DNA of 64,000 nucleotides. Source: Mytilus trossulus (lineage: Eukaryota). The translations under genes were made by a program, and so were the position numbers. Position 1 is the first letter of the stretch, and every line of letters starts with the position of its first letter. This document shows, in pieces, positions 1 to 12,725 of this stretch. The notes under the pieces are model-generated. The model saw only the letters and a program-made list of their open reading frames with translations, made no database searches and was not told where the DNA came from. The stretch covers positions 38,711,216-38,775,215 of the forward strand of contig NC_086385.1 in NCBI RefSeq assembly GCF_036588685.1. The letters are read 5' to 3'.

Positions 1-250
1 TGATGGTCAAAGTGAAAAGGATTCGACAACTATTCATTTTAACGCCTTGTGTCTTCATTGTTAGACTTTCCTAACATTCATAAGCTTAAAAAAATAGAAA
101 AATCAAATTTAAGATTTTGTTTTTTAAGCTTTAGATATACTAATACAAAGGCTATCTTAAAGGTGGAGTAAACATTCACGTATTTTGTCTGAAAAACAAA
201 CACAGTCGTTTGATATTTTATAAATATTCTGTATGAATTTGTTTATATAG

Positions 251-583
251 AGCATATGTCATGTAATAAGACAGTTCATTCGGTGAACGTTACCGTAGGA
301 GAAAATTTGATTCTAACCTGCACTTGCTATAACAAAACCAATGGTCAATGGATGGGTCCAAAAAAAGAATTTGAAGATTCCGGGGATTCAATACCATACA
401 CACAAGGCTTGAAACTGAACAAAAAATTGAACAAATCAAAGTATTCAATTTTTGGTGGATATAAAATTAAAAAATGCAACTTAAAGATTTCTAACTTCTT
501 GTCTGAGGACGATGGTGCCTACCAGTGTACCTATGCTGAATCATCAACAATGTACATAGATGTATACAACGTAGTTGCGACAA
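251..583 (+). CDS. Ig V/I-set domain exon
   Basis: VTVGENLILTC...QW...CNLKISN...EDDGAYQC gives the B-strand Cys, C-strand Trp and D-x-G-x-Y-x-C motif. Acceptor tatag|, donor |gtaagt, symmetric phase 1-1. Confidence 0.9.
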
Positions 584-3500
584 GTAAGTAGAATCTACTT
601 AACACATATGTCTTAAGTAGTTTTGTGTAATAGTCTGTTAAAAGCTATTTAAATAGAGAAATAAAAATCTGAATTACAGTACAAAATGACAATGCCCATA
701 CAAAATGTATAAAATCTTATTAACAATGAGGATAAGCATATCAAACATTATCAAGTTGTCAAAGTAAGACAATTAATTACATGTAGATCATTTAGCAGAG
801 TGATTAATTCTGTAAAAATGTTTTGCTGACTGGTGTTTGTCGAATTTCTATTGTCAATATTTTTTAAAACTTATACTGCGAATTACTTATTTCCATCGTA
901 CCAATTTTCGATTATATTTTAAGTGTCAAAATTAGAGTCGATCGTTCAATGACACAATTTACATCGACTGACCCATTTTACCCACTCATCCATATCATAC
1001 AGCCTAAACAAATAATGACATTACCGATCGGCTGAAATACATATATGCGTATTTTACCATGGATGTGTACTTAACGGTAATAAAGAACATCAGAATTAGG
1101 ATTTTAATGAAAATCTAATCAATCACACGCCTGTCGACATACATACTTGGGCTACTTGCGGAGACCAAGTTATTCTAAATATTTTGTTTGTTACCTCCTT
1201 TTTTCGAATCAAAACCATATTTTTTTTTTGCATATATCAAATGGTATATGATGTACAGAGCATACAAACAATAATTCTGTAAACTGGTAGTATATTGAAA
1301 GAGATGTGCATGGGAATGACACTCTTAAGAATTGATGGATATCGTGCTGACTCGTGCTGTTGTAGTCCAACTGTTATCACTCGATATTTTCGTGGGTTCA
1401 TATTGCGCAGTGTTTAGTTTTCATTGTAGTATATTGTAGACGTGCTTGTTTATCGTGTATTGTTTTATTGATTTCTTTGAATATATTTGTCTTTAGATTG
1501 GTATTAAGTTTATCTGATTGTGGATTTGTTAGGTTTTGTCGTCGTGTTGGTTTTCTTTTTAATGGCGTCTATAATTAAACGACGTTTGAGCCTTGTTTAA
1601 TGTATTCTTGCAAAAATTAAAATCACCAAAAATACTGGACTCTGAGGAAAGTTCAAAAAGGAAAGTCCCTAGTCAAATGTTAATACCAAAAGCTCAAACA
1701 TATCAAACGAATGGATAACAACTGTCATATTTGATTTGGTACAGGTATTGTCTTAGGTAGAACATGGTGGATTTAACCGGATTTTATAGATGGCTAAACC
1801 TCATTTTGTATGACAGTTGCATAAAATTCCATTATATCGACAGCGATGTGTGAACAAAACAAACAGACACAATTGAAAAAAATGTCAATTGTACAGGTTA
1901 AGCAGTCAACTATGTGTTATCAACTTAATCAATCTGGACAAACAAGTATATTAACAAACATTAATCATGTCAAAATTAACCATGCACATGCAATTTATGT
2001 GTCTCCGCATATCTATTTCGTAGGTGCACAGTATGTTACAGATGTGTCTTTAGAGCATCATGTAAACAAGAGCATGACAACAGAAATATGCACGCTTGAA
2101 ACAAATTGTAGGTTTGTTTTCGTTTAACTGATTATAATTAATTTGTTTAAATTATTTATTGATATAATTATTATGAATTTGAAACTAGTGAGAGATTTTT
2201 TTTTTTTTTAAAGTCTTTACTCACTAGCTTGTACTATGTTGTTTTGTGTCCACAATTATTATTATTTTAATTTTTGACACGACCAGTCGTTTTTTTCTTT
2301 AATATATCTAATAAATGTGGACTAGCATGCCAGATGATGCATGTCGGACTGAATAAGCTTTCAGTATCTGAAAGTACCCCCATTTCAGTTTTTGTTTTTG
2401 TTGATTTTTTTTGTACTTACCATTACGATCAATAAATCAATCATTTTCTATCCTTTTTTGCAGTTTCTTTTTCTTCTAAAAATATAAAGTATGTGGCACT
2501 TATGTCACATCGAATAGAAAAGGGGAGTGAATTTACTTGTATGCTAAGTATGTTTTTTTATTTATGCGTTAGTATAAATAATTTTAATCTGAACGTTTGC
2601 TCATCCATTTGAATTGATTAAAACTGTGTCATTCATTGGCCTTTTGCAGTTGACTATACAGTATGATTTTTCCTTATACATGTATTTTTGAAAGCCAGTT
2701 ATACTTTAATTTATTTAGCTGAGCAAAGTATTTACGGATCATGATTTATAATTTGCTTTTATCTCAAACTATTGCTTTTCAACCCAACAATATTCTTTGC
2801 AGATCAGGTCAATTTCTATTAATCATATTTTTTTTTTATAATTTCGACTTATTATTTTTTCATTTTTTATCTACATAATTTGATTATGCACAAGGGACAT
2901 GTTTTGTACACGTAAATTTAAAATACCAGTGATAGTAATTGTTTTTATCTGTAATTTAACCGTTTTTGTCTCATATTCCCGTGTGTGACATATGACTGAT
3001 TTTGTATCTGTTACTTTGGTGCATATGCTTAATCGATTGATGATAATTGAAATCGACGTTAAACTTTAGCTATTTACTAAATAAAATAACAAAAAAATAT
3101 GAAATAGTTTCAAGCTCAGTTTGATGGATTAAGTGTCTTTTAATTCCGAATTATTAAGCCGTTACTTCTTGGCAATTAAATTTAGACAGCGTCAGAAACA
3201 TATAATATTGCAACATTTACTATCAACATCTAGTATCTATATATATTTCATTTAACATATTGTTATTATAAATTGTGGTCTGCAATACTACCTGGAACTA
3301 TTTGGTAGAAACACAGAATAAGAACAGAGAAAGAACATTCTATTTTCTCAACCACACGGCTAATTATTAATCAGGTAAAAGATACAGACAATACATTATA
3401 AGTGTGCTTGATAATACATATAACATATACCACAGTTGTTCAATAAAAAAAGAGGAGAATCATTTCACACAGTATACAAAGGAGGATAACTCCTTGTCAA

Positions 3501-6500
3501 GATCAAATGTTCATTAACTTTGTTTAAGTAACACAATTGTAATCAATTACAGCTGATTAATGATTACAATTGCAATTATCCCAAGCCTGGTTATCTTTCT
3601 GTTTGCTATGTGATATCATCATATCGATGTTATCGTTGTTTGATCTGTCTGATCTAAAATGATGATATTTTGTTAATTTATTTTTCTAGATACGAACACA
3701 CTTCAAACAAAGTTCTTGTTGAAACAGTGGATTTTGCCAGTGATTGTAGTTTTAATTACATTGGTCGTAGTAACAGTTATTTTACTGTGGCATAAAAAAG
3801 GTACGGTGTAAAATTATGTTTGTTAATAAATATATTCGTTTTAATAATAAAAAAAATCTATATAAAAAATAGCGCAATGGAAGGGAACATGTATGTAAAT
3901 GGAAAAAACACATGAATACTAAACTTCCAATACGATGGCAAACAAATATTTTTTATTTCTCCGTGTTCTCTTTAATTAAAGTGTGTTATAGCTACATGAA
4001 TAAGCATCAATTAGTTTGTGCATAATATGGTGTGAGCTGGACAGGGTTTACACTTACGGCATATCAAGCTCATGGAGAACCAGTAAACCGGAGAACGCTG
4101 CCACGATATATAAGATTGACAATAACATGCATTAAAATGATAATTAAATCGAAGTATACAGCTATTAAAAAACAAAAAAACAAAAATCGAATTTTTCTTT
4201 CTCTTTTTTAATCTATAAAACTTTTTTTTGTTTTCAGACAAAGTGGAACACAAATCAAGGTATTCCTTGTCCATATGTATGTCTCTTTTAAGTATCCGTA
4301 AAATTATTTAAAAGTTCTATCAAAAAACATGAATAAGCAGTTTGTAAAGTTTTAATTTCTTGAAAGCTGGCTGCAAGGGGAAATCAATTATGTGCGGTGT
4401 AAATTAATTATACATTACATGCTATCTAAAATATAAAGGAAATGCTACTATTTATTTGAATTTGAAGGTTGATTGGATATTCTTTAAGAATATCGAATAT
4501 ATACTTACAAACGCACTTTATTATATGTAATGCGTACATTCTGGTGTTTAGAAACGTTATCATGGTGTTTTATTCATCAGAAGACTCTTTTAGTAATTAT
4601 GTTTACTTTTTAGAAATTTGTATATTTGTTCCCCCATTGCTTGTCTCGGACATTTAAAGTAACACTTTGTATAGTTGTTGTAGATTAAAAAAATATATTC
4701 GCACGAAAGTTTTGAAATGTGTTAGCCAAGGCTCCGTGTTGAAGGCCGTACTTTAAGCTATAATGGTTTACTTTTTAAATTGTTACTTGGATGGAGAGTT
4801 GTCTCATTGGCACTCACACCACATCTTCCTATATCTATTAAATATAAAATGTTTGGTAAATGAAATTATAAATAGTTATAGGAATATATGGTATGAGTGC
4901 CAATGAGAAGGCTCGCCATCCAAGTCACCATTTATAAAAATAAACCATTAGAGGTCAAGGTACGGTCTTCAACACAGAGCATTGCTTAACATCGCAAGCT
5001 ATAAAGAGCCTCAAAAGATTACTGTGTAAAACCATTTAAACGGGAAAAACAACGGTCTAAACTACATAAAAAACAAGAAACCTTATGAAGCACACCGACA
5101 AACGACAACTATTGAACATCAGATTTCTGACTTAGGACAGGTGCAAACAATTGCAGCGGGATTAAACGTTTAAATGGAACCAAACCTTTTCCTTTATCTG
5201 AAACAATATTGGTTCGTCCCCGTTAGTATCTTTTCCAAACGTATAATTTCCTGTCAAAAAATTATGACAAGTAAACAAAAATTATGAGTACAACCAATAA
5301 CGTCAGTTATATAGTCTTTTATTGTGCGAATCTGTTACGGGTTGTTTTAAGTAACTTCTTTTTCTGAAGAACATGCCAAGTATAATACATTTTGTCTTTT
5401 TTTCAGACAGATTCATAATATTGAAACTTATCCTCGAGGTACTAATTTTCATTCTTAGATGTGTTTGTTTATAATTTTAAAGGAGTGGCATTCATGCTAT
5501 ATTTACACCACAACGATAGATGTATTAATGCAATAATAATAAAGCAAACGATTTTACAAGTATATTTACAAATGGAGATGAAATTGGAGTCTTGCGCTCA
5601 TCTGATTATACATTGATACATCTTATCATTAAAAAACGGATAGGTAACACTTAACATATCCCCAATGCCGTTCGTCATTCCAAGTCAGGTCAATCTTGAC
5701 GACGTGTGGACCATAAACTGCTTATAGATTTGTCTTCTCTGTATTCTGTTATCCGCTTATCTGTTACATGTTTGTGTAGTTTCGTAAAATAAATATAAAA
5801 AATAAGAACTGTTATTACTGCCCATGAGGCAACTCTCCACAAGAGACCAAATGACTCAGAAACTAACACATTTGTGTCATCGTTTGGCCTTCAACAATGA
5901 GCAAAACCCATAACGCATTGTCAGCTAAAACAGGACACGAAATCACAAAATGAATAATGTAAAACAATGCAAATGAGAAAACTAACGATATTATTAATGT
6001 ACAAAAAAAATGAACGAAAACCAAACAGCAACAAACAACACCGACTGAATTAAGGGTTCCTTACTTAGGACATAGACGTTTGTCCAATGTGGCATACTTC
6101 AAAAACCGTAAGATGCAGTTATAAGTGTATCCGAAATCAAAGGCCAAAAACATATTTGACTAAGGATTTAATGTACACTTTTGCAACATTTAGATGAGAG
6201 GTTGCAGCCAAAATTTTCATAACGAGCCTTTCCTTAACCGGTCAGGCGAATAACAATTCACAAAGTCATCATGTTCTGACAACATTTTTTAAATGCATGT
6301 GGTGCATCTTGAAAACGTTTTAAGTAGCATATGAAACAAATTATTCTAATGACTGAATTTATACTAATATGTATTCTCAATAGTTATCAAATGCTTGTAA
6401 TTTTGCCAGACGAGCGTTACGTCTACATAAAACTCATCAGTGACGCTTAGATCAAAATAATTTGAAAGCCAACCAATACAAAATTGAATACATTGAGGAC

Positions 6501-9500
6501 TCAATATTTACACAAATATAAGATCACACGTCGTCTGTTATATAAATTAATCATAGTTTATACTTTCCTTTATAATTTAGATGATTCTATCGAAAATCAA
6601 CTGTACCAGACATCTCAATTTCTTGAAATAAACAATTTTCCTGGACAAAATAGAGTATGCCAAAATAAAGTTTTGTCATCTTCTCAGTTGCATGCTGATC
6701 AGAGATATAGAGGTTTGAATAAAAATATATATTTATTTTCTAATAACTATCTTACTGTTATCTGAAACAAACATAACATACTTCTCAGGTTAGGGGAGGG
6801 TTGGGATCCCGCTTACATGTTTAACCCCGCAACATTATTTATGTATGTGCCTCTCCCAAGTCAGGAGCCTGTAATTCAGTGGTTGTCGTTTGTTAATGTG
6901 TTACATATTTGTTTTTCGTTCATTTTTTTTACATAAATAAGGCCTTTAGTTTTCTCGTTTGAATTGTTTTACATTGTCTTATCGGGGCCTTTTATAGCTG
7001 ACTGTGTGGTATGGGCTTTGCTCATTGTTGAAGGCCGTATGATGACCTATAGTTGTTAAGGTTTTTGGTCTTTTGTGGATAGTTGTCTCATTGGCAATCA
7101 TACCACATCTTCTTTTTTATATTCTTATGTCAAAATATGATCACATAATCAAAGATGCATTATACATGTATGATACTAAACCCCTAACGGGAAGGATTAT
7201 GCCTGATATGATGACGACATAATCTTTCAATCAGTTTAATTGAAGTCTGAAGCTGGCATGTCATTTAACTGCTACTAGTCTGTTGTTATTTATGTATTCT
7301 TGTCATTTTGTTTATTTTCTTTGGTTACATCTTCTGACATATGACTCGGACTTCTCTTGAACTGAATTTAATGTGCGAATTGTTATGCGTTTACTTTCTA
7401 CATTGGCTAGAGGTATAGGGGGGGGGGGGGGCGGTTGAGATCTCACAAACATGTTTAACCCTGCCGCATGTTTGAGCCTGTCCAAAGTCCGGAGCCTTTG
7501 TCTTTTGTTAGTCTTGTATTATTTTTCATATTAGTTTCTTGTGTACAATTTGGAGTTTAGTATGTCGTTTATTATGACTGAATTATTATATCTATTTGTT
7601 TTGGAGCAAGCTGAAGGACGCCTCCGAGTGCGAGAATTTCTCGCTGCATTAAAGACCTGTTGGTGACCTGCTGCTGTTGTTTGTTCTATGGTCGGGTTGT
7701 TGTCTCTTTGACACATTCCCCATTTTCATTCTCAATTGCATGTACTGATAATGTCTATTCAGAGGGTCTAAGAGATTGTAATATAGTTTTCAGTGATCAT
7801 GGAATAGTATCAATTAAGGAACTTTAAGCATTGGGAAAAGAAATTAGCTATAGTTATCAAAACAGTTACGACGTATGGACGGTGTAATAATGAAAGTTGT
7901 ATTGTGTCATTTGTAAAAGATAAATGGAGTACGATGCAGTGGGGATCGGAATAACGTAGATTGTAATGTACTTTGTTACATAATATGTACAGGGTGTAGA
8001 CATTCCTTGGTATTACGGTTTTTGTTTGAGGCTTGAATGTGTGTATATAAATTGGTACGAAAGTGATGTATCATCATAAACTTGAAAATATATTTATTTT
8101 TCAGCAAGAGTAACAAAAAAAGAAACCGGCCATTGTTCTAGAGATATAGTATCTCGAGGTGCCAATGTACAGGTAAGACTTATTAAAATAATGCATAACC
8201 TACCAATTGAAAAAAAGGATTTCCAATAGAATGACCAGAATAATACAAAACAGCAAAACAAGGAATTCTGAATTTTTCTGGCACGATTTCATTTGAAGCT
8301 TACATAAGTATTTGCCCGTTTAGATATTATGTAAATCTAAAACATGGACATCTGCTTTATGTAAGCTTCAATAACCTCATTGAACCATATTTAAAGTTAT
8401 AATTATACTTTGAAGAAAGCCATGCTTCGACTGTTATCACATGCCTTTCCGTAATGTTATCGCATGGCATTCCGGTGATACTCGACAAATTCCGGAAAAT
8501 ACACCTCAATGCTACGATTTTACTGAAAAACATAACAAAGTAATTTACAAAACAATCATTTGGATACTGGAAAGTATATTATGTAAACTAATAAAAAATT
8601 AAATAATAATATATAAAAAAAAAAATATTAAATAAATGCATTATTCAAAAGTATCAAACATAATTTGAAAAGTGTTCATTATGTATAATGTTGATTTTTT
8701 TTTTGTCGATTCATCCTTTTTAAAATATTTTTCTTTTCTGTTGAGTCATGTCGAATGTCGAATGTACTAAATTTGGGGTCCGACGTCCATGAAATTTTCC
8801 CTCTTTGAACGTCTATTTGGTAACCACATGAAAGGATCAGTATATGAATCTGTTATTTTTCTCGATTGTTGAAGCATAAAATTATGATAAAAAGATCATT
8901 CCATGCGGCTCTTGGGCTGATATTGAACATAGGGCTGATAATACATGCGATATGAAAAATGCCATGTAACAATCTGATATTATCATATAATATAACCTAT
9001 GATATTTACTGTATGATAACAGCATTAAATTAACGTAAATTCTATATTTTTCGAATTGGTGCTTAGCAGACTGATATGAAAAGTTTATCACATTCTTCGA
9101 CTGTTATCACATGCCTTTCCGTAACGTTATCACATGGCATTCCGATGATACTCGGCACATTCCGATAAATACACCTCAATGCTACGTTTTCACTGAAAAA
9201 CATTACAAAGTAGTGTACATAACAATTAAAATAAAATTTGAATACTGGAACAAAAACCAATCAAATTATTAAATAAATACATTTTTTAAAAGTTTCAGAC
9301 ATAATTAGAAAGTTACTTTAAAAAAAGTTTACTTTTCTAAACAGTGTTCATTATGTATATTGTTGATTTTTTTTGTCGGTCCGTCCATAATAAAATGATT
9401 TTCCTTTCTGTTGAGGCATATGATTGAAAGATTTCATATCGAATGTACTTAATTTGGGGTCCGACGTGCGTGAACTTTTCACTCTTTGAACTTCTATTTG

Positions 9501-9926
9501 GGGATCACGTAAAAGGATCAATATATGAATCTGTTATTTTTCTCCATTGTTGAAGCATACGATAAAAATATCATAACATGTCATTTTTCATATCGCATGT
9601 TTTATCAGTCCTCGGTCAATATCAGCCCTCGACCCATGGGGCTCTTGGGCTTATATTGAACCTAAGGCTGATAATACATACGATATGAAAAATTCCATGT
9701 AAAAATCCGATATTCTTTCTCCATGTTCTCCTTAATCATTGCATTTACGTTATTTCAGATAGACGCAGTTAACATGAACTACGCTGAAGTAGCGTTTAGT
9801 GTCCAGCCTTCAGCACACAGATTCATTATTCATGGTAATGATGATAGAACAGTTTATTCTGAAATCGATCATGCAATTAAAGCAGAACCTTTACCATCGT
9901 CAAGCAGTGAAAGTGATGACGATTGA
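251..9926 (+). CDS. Spliced immunoglobulin-superfamily type I membrane receptor (single V/I-set Ig domain, TM helix, tail with ITIM/ITSM-like motifs); 5'-partial
   Basis: Seven AG/GT-bounded exons splice into one open frame with compatible phases: 251-583 (1-1), 3690-3800 (1-1), 4238-4259 (1-2), 5407-5438 (2-1), 6581-6712 (1-1), 8105-8172 (1-0), 9759-9926 (0-stop). No signal-peptide exon is seen in the window. Confidence 0.85.
3690..3800 (+). CDS. Stalk and transmembrane exon
   Basis: tttttctag|...|gtacgg. Reads NTNTLQTKFLLKQWILPVIVVLITLVVVTVILLWHKK, a hydrophobic helix followed by basic stop-transfer residues. Confidence 0.88.
4238..4259 (+). CDS. Cytoplasmic micro-exon (DKVEHKS)
   Basis: Polypyrimidine tract ttttttttgttttcag| and donor |gtattc; the phases link the neighbouring exons in frame. 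Confidence 0.6.
4720..5200. repeat. Two inverted copies of an interspersed repeat related to a Penelope-like 3' end
   Basis: 4720-4838 (...gttgtctcattggcactcacaccacatcttcctatat) is mirrored by 4877-4980. Related copies lie at ~5815-6070, 6790-7120, 19000-19370, 26605-26765 and 58580-58980, the last being the 3' UTR of the RT element at 58580-61340. Confidence 0.65.
5407..5438 (+). CDS. Cytoplasmic micro-exon (RQIHNIETYPR)
   Basis: ttttttttcag|...cgag|gtacta; phase 2-1 fits both neighbours. Confidence 0.62.
6581..6712 (+). CDS. Cytoplasmic exon containing ENQLY (NxxY-like)
   Basis: tataatttag|...agag|gtttga; lies in the frame of ORF 6484..6765. Confidence 0.7.
7170..7737 (+). mobile_element. 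Penelope-like retroelement 3' UTR fragment
   Basis: Reverse complement of ~11260-11830, the 3' UTR of the RT-bearing copy. Confidence 0.75.
8105..8172 (+). CDS. Cytoplasmic exon (ARVTKKETGHCSRDIVSRGANVQ)
   Basis: tttttcag|...cag|gtaaga; phase 1-0. Confidence 0.7.
8425..9715. repeat. Tandem pair (~670 bp spacing) of a hairpin-bearing non-autonomous element in the last intron
   Basis: cttcgactgttatcacatgcctttccgtaa... occurs at 8425 and 9095. A long palindrome (tcatatcgcatg...atcagccc / gggcttatat...catacgatatga) lies at ~9575-9705. Confidence 0.65.
9759..9926 (+). CDS. Terminal exon with MNYAEV (ITIM-like) and TVYSEI (ITSM) motifs and an acidic Ser-rich end
   Basis: tatttcag|ATA GAC...; in the frame of ORF 9723..9926; ends SSSSESDDD*. 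Confidence 0.85.
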   Translation: MDAVNMNYAEVAFSVQPSAHRFIIHGNDDRTVYSEIDHAIKAEPLPSSSSESDDD

Positions 9927-11259
9927 AGTACCGTATGATGGGTTATTTTCGCGGGTGTATTATTTCGCATTTTTTATTAAAAAGGTATGCGAAATATGTA
10001 TGCGGTTATTATTTTGGCGGAATCAAAAGTTAAATAATATCTTTGCATGTACACTTTTAAATTGGCGAAATTTATTTTTGCGATCTCGTTCTATCCTCGA
10101 AATTAAGCGAAAATGTACATCTCGCGAACATATTCCGCTTTACGGTATGTTTGAGGCGTTGACAACAACTTTCCTCCAGAGGTTGATACAGCAACCTTTA
10201 ACTCTAATATTTTCTAACTTGTTATTTATGTTATAAGAATAACTTATGGTTAAGCTTTCTATTAAAGAGTTTCAAAACCTTAATAAATTACTAGAACGGA
10301 GTGTATAATCTTTTTCGATAAAAGAACATTGGGAAACCACTGTTTTTTCATAAAACAATCAATCAAAGCTTGACATTTAGCAGGACACAGTCAATTTATC
10401 CTGGTGAAATATCAGTCAAGAAAAGCTTTTACTATAGAATAAACTATTATAAATCAGATACGCAAAATCATAGGTACATGTGCAGTTCAATGTATAACCA
10501 AACAAAAATCAACAAAGATACGGTGTTTATATATCCAAACGTGGCTGTGATGCCCATGTATATAGTGGTGTCATATATTTTTACAAAACTAATCAATAGC
10601 ATCAATGGTTAACTATATTACCTAAGCTGTATTTGGCAAAATGTTTTTTTGGAATTTTGGTCCTTAATGCTCTTTCTTCGTACTTTATTTGGCTGTTTAA
10701 ACTTTTTTGGATTCGAGCGTCACAGGTGAGTCGTTTGTACACGAAACGAGCGTCTGGCGTAGAAATAAAATTTTCAAATGTTTATGTTGGGGGTAGGGAT
10801 GTATAAATACACATCCAGGTTCATTTTCTATAACAAGATTACTTTATCTATTTATGATATAATACATCTTTAATACAGGTGTAATCCCAACTATTCTACT
10901 GTCCATTGATACCTTTATTTGGCATTGCACAAGTCATGTCTTTTTTGACTGTCTATTACGTAAAATACCAAATCATTGGGACGTGTTTTAGTAAATTTTA
11001 GTCTTTGATGCATGATTTGTTATTTTTAATTGTATTTTGGCTTTTAACTAGCTTTCCATAACTGCAAGTACTCTCAAATCGATTAATTTTTAGTTCTGTG
11101 CTCATATTTTGAACTCAATTTTTTTTGTTTTTATTTACCTGTGTAGATTCAGATTCAATAGTTAATTGAAGTCTCACCACTCGTGTAATATACTAGTAAT
11201 ACATTCTAATATACAAATAAAACATTGCGTATAACATGAAATATAGGATAACATATATC

Positions 11260-12666
11260 ATAAAATTGAGAATGGAAATAGGGAATGTGTCAAAGAGACA
11301 ACAACCCGACCATAGAAAAAAACAACAGCAGAAGGTCACCAACAGGTCTTCAATGTAGCGAGAAATTCCCGTACCCGGAGGCGTCCTTCAGCTGGCCCCT
11401 AAACAAATATATACTAGTTCAGTGATAATGAACGCCATACTAATTTCCAAATTGTACAAAAGACACTGAAATTAAGATAATACAAGACTAACAAAGGCCT
11501 GAGGCTCCTGACTTGGGACAGGTACAAAAATACGGCGGGTTTAAACATGTTTGTGAGATCTCAATCCTCCCCTATACCTCTAGCCAATGTAGAAAAGTAA
11601 ACGCATAACAATATGCACATTAAAATTCAGTTCAAGAGAAGTCCGAGTCTGATGTCAGAAGATGTAACCAAAGAAAATAAACAAAATGACAATAATACAT
11701 AAATAACAACAGACTACTAGCAGTTAACTGACACGCCAGCTCCAAACTTCAATTAAACTGACTGAAAGATTATGATTTCATCATATGAACATCAGGCACA
11801 ATCCTTCCAATTAGAGGTTAAGTAGCATAACATCATAACATATATGAGAAAAACATAACCCGTGCCATGCCAACAACTGGTTTTTGAATAAATATGTTAA
11901 GTTCCGATGCAAAGACCCTATAAGTGAATCAATATTAACGCCAAAATATGCAATCTTTAATGACCTGACAACAATATCGTAACTATATCCCTTCTTAATA
12001 AGTCTATTCAAAGGTTTTGTTAGTTTCTGAGGTGAATACTGACACCTTTGTGCTTTATAAAGAATATTTCCATAAAAAATTGGATGTGAAATACCTGAAC
12101 GTATAAGAAGTCTGCATGTTGAGCTATATTTACGAATGATGTCCTTATACCGATGATAAGATTAGTTAATGTTTTGACTAGTTTGTGATATCAAAAACCC
12201 TGGTGTAATAATTTTTCAGTAATACATACATTTCACTCGTTAAAATCTAAAACATTGTTACATACACGAGCGAATCGTTCAAGTTGAGAAATATAAACAC
12301 CGTAAGATGGTGACAAGGGATGATTAACGAAAGGAAATGAAAAATCATCTGTTTTATCATAATATTTAGTATTCAGCTTTCCATTAGGGATATAGATATC
12401 AAGATTAAGGAAAGGGCAGTGGTCATTGTTAGTATTAGCTTTATTTAAAGTAAGTTCAACAGGATAAATTTCTTTAGTGTACATACTGAAGTCGTCATTA
12501 TTGAGAGCCAAAATATCATCCAAATATCTAAAAGTATTATTAAATTTGTTTATCAGATGTTGTTTCGATGGGTCTTTGCTTATTTTTGTCATAAATTGTA
12601 ACTCATAGCAATACAAAAACAGGTCCGCAATAAGTGGTGCACAGTTAGTCCCCATTGGAATTCCGT
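11260..12666 (-). mobile_element. 5'-truncated Penelope-like retroelement (RT pseudogene plus 3' UTR)
   Basis: GIPMGTNCAPLIADLFL, FRYLDD and YGVYISQL..FARVC motifs, with downstream stops and frameshifts. Confidence 0.9.
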
Positions 12667-12725
12667 ATATAAAACATATTGTATATTAAAACTAACAGTA
12701 AAATATCATTAGCTTAAAAATACTA

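Noticed and set aside
9799-10236. 145-aa ORF overlapping the receptor's last exon
   Set aside because: It is an alternative frame running into repeat-derived 3' sequence and has no motifs.
12190-12240. In-frame TGA codons in the Penelope RT as selenocysteine
   Set aside because: They fall where Arg is expected (AGA/CGA to TGA), the copy also has frameshifts, and I could not identify a convincing SECIS element.
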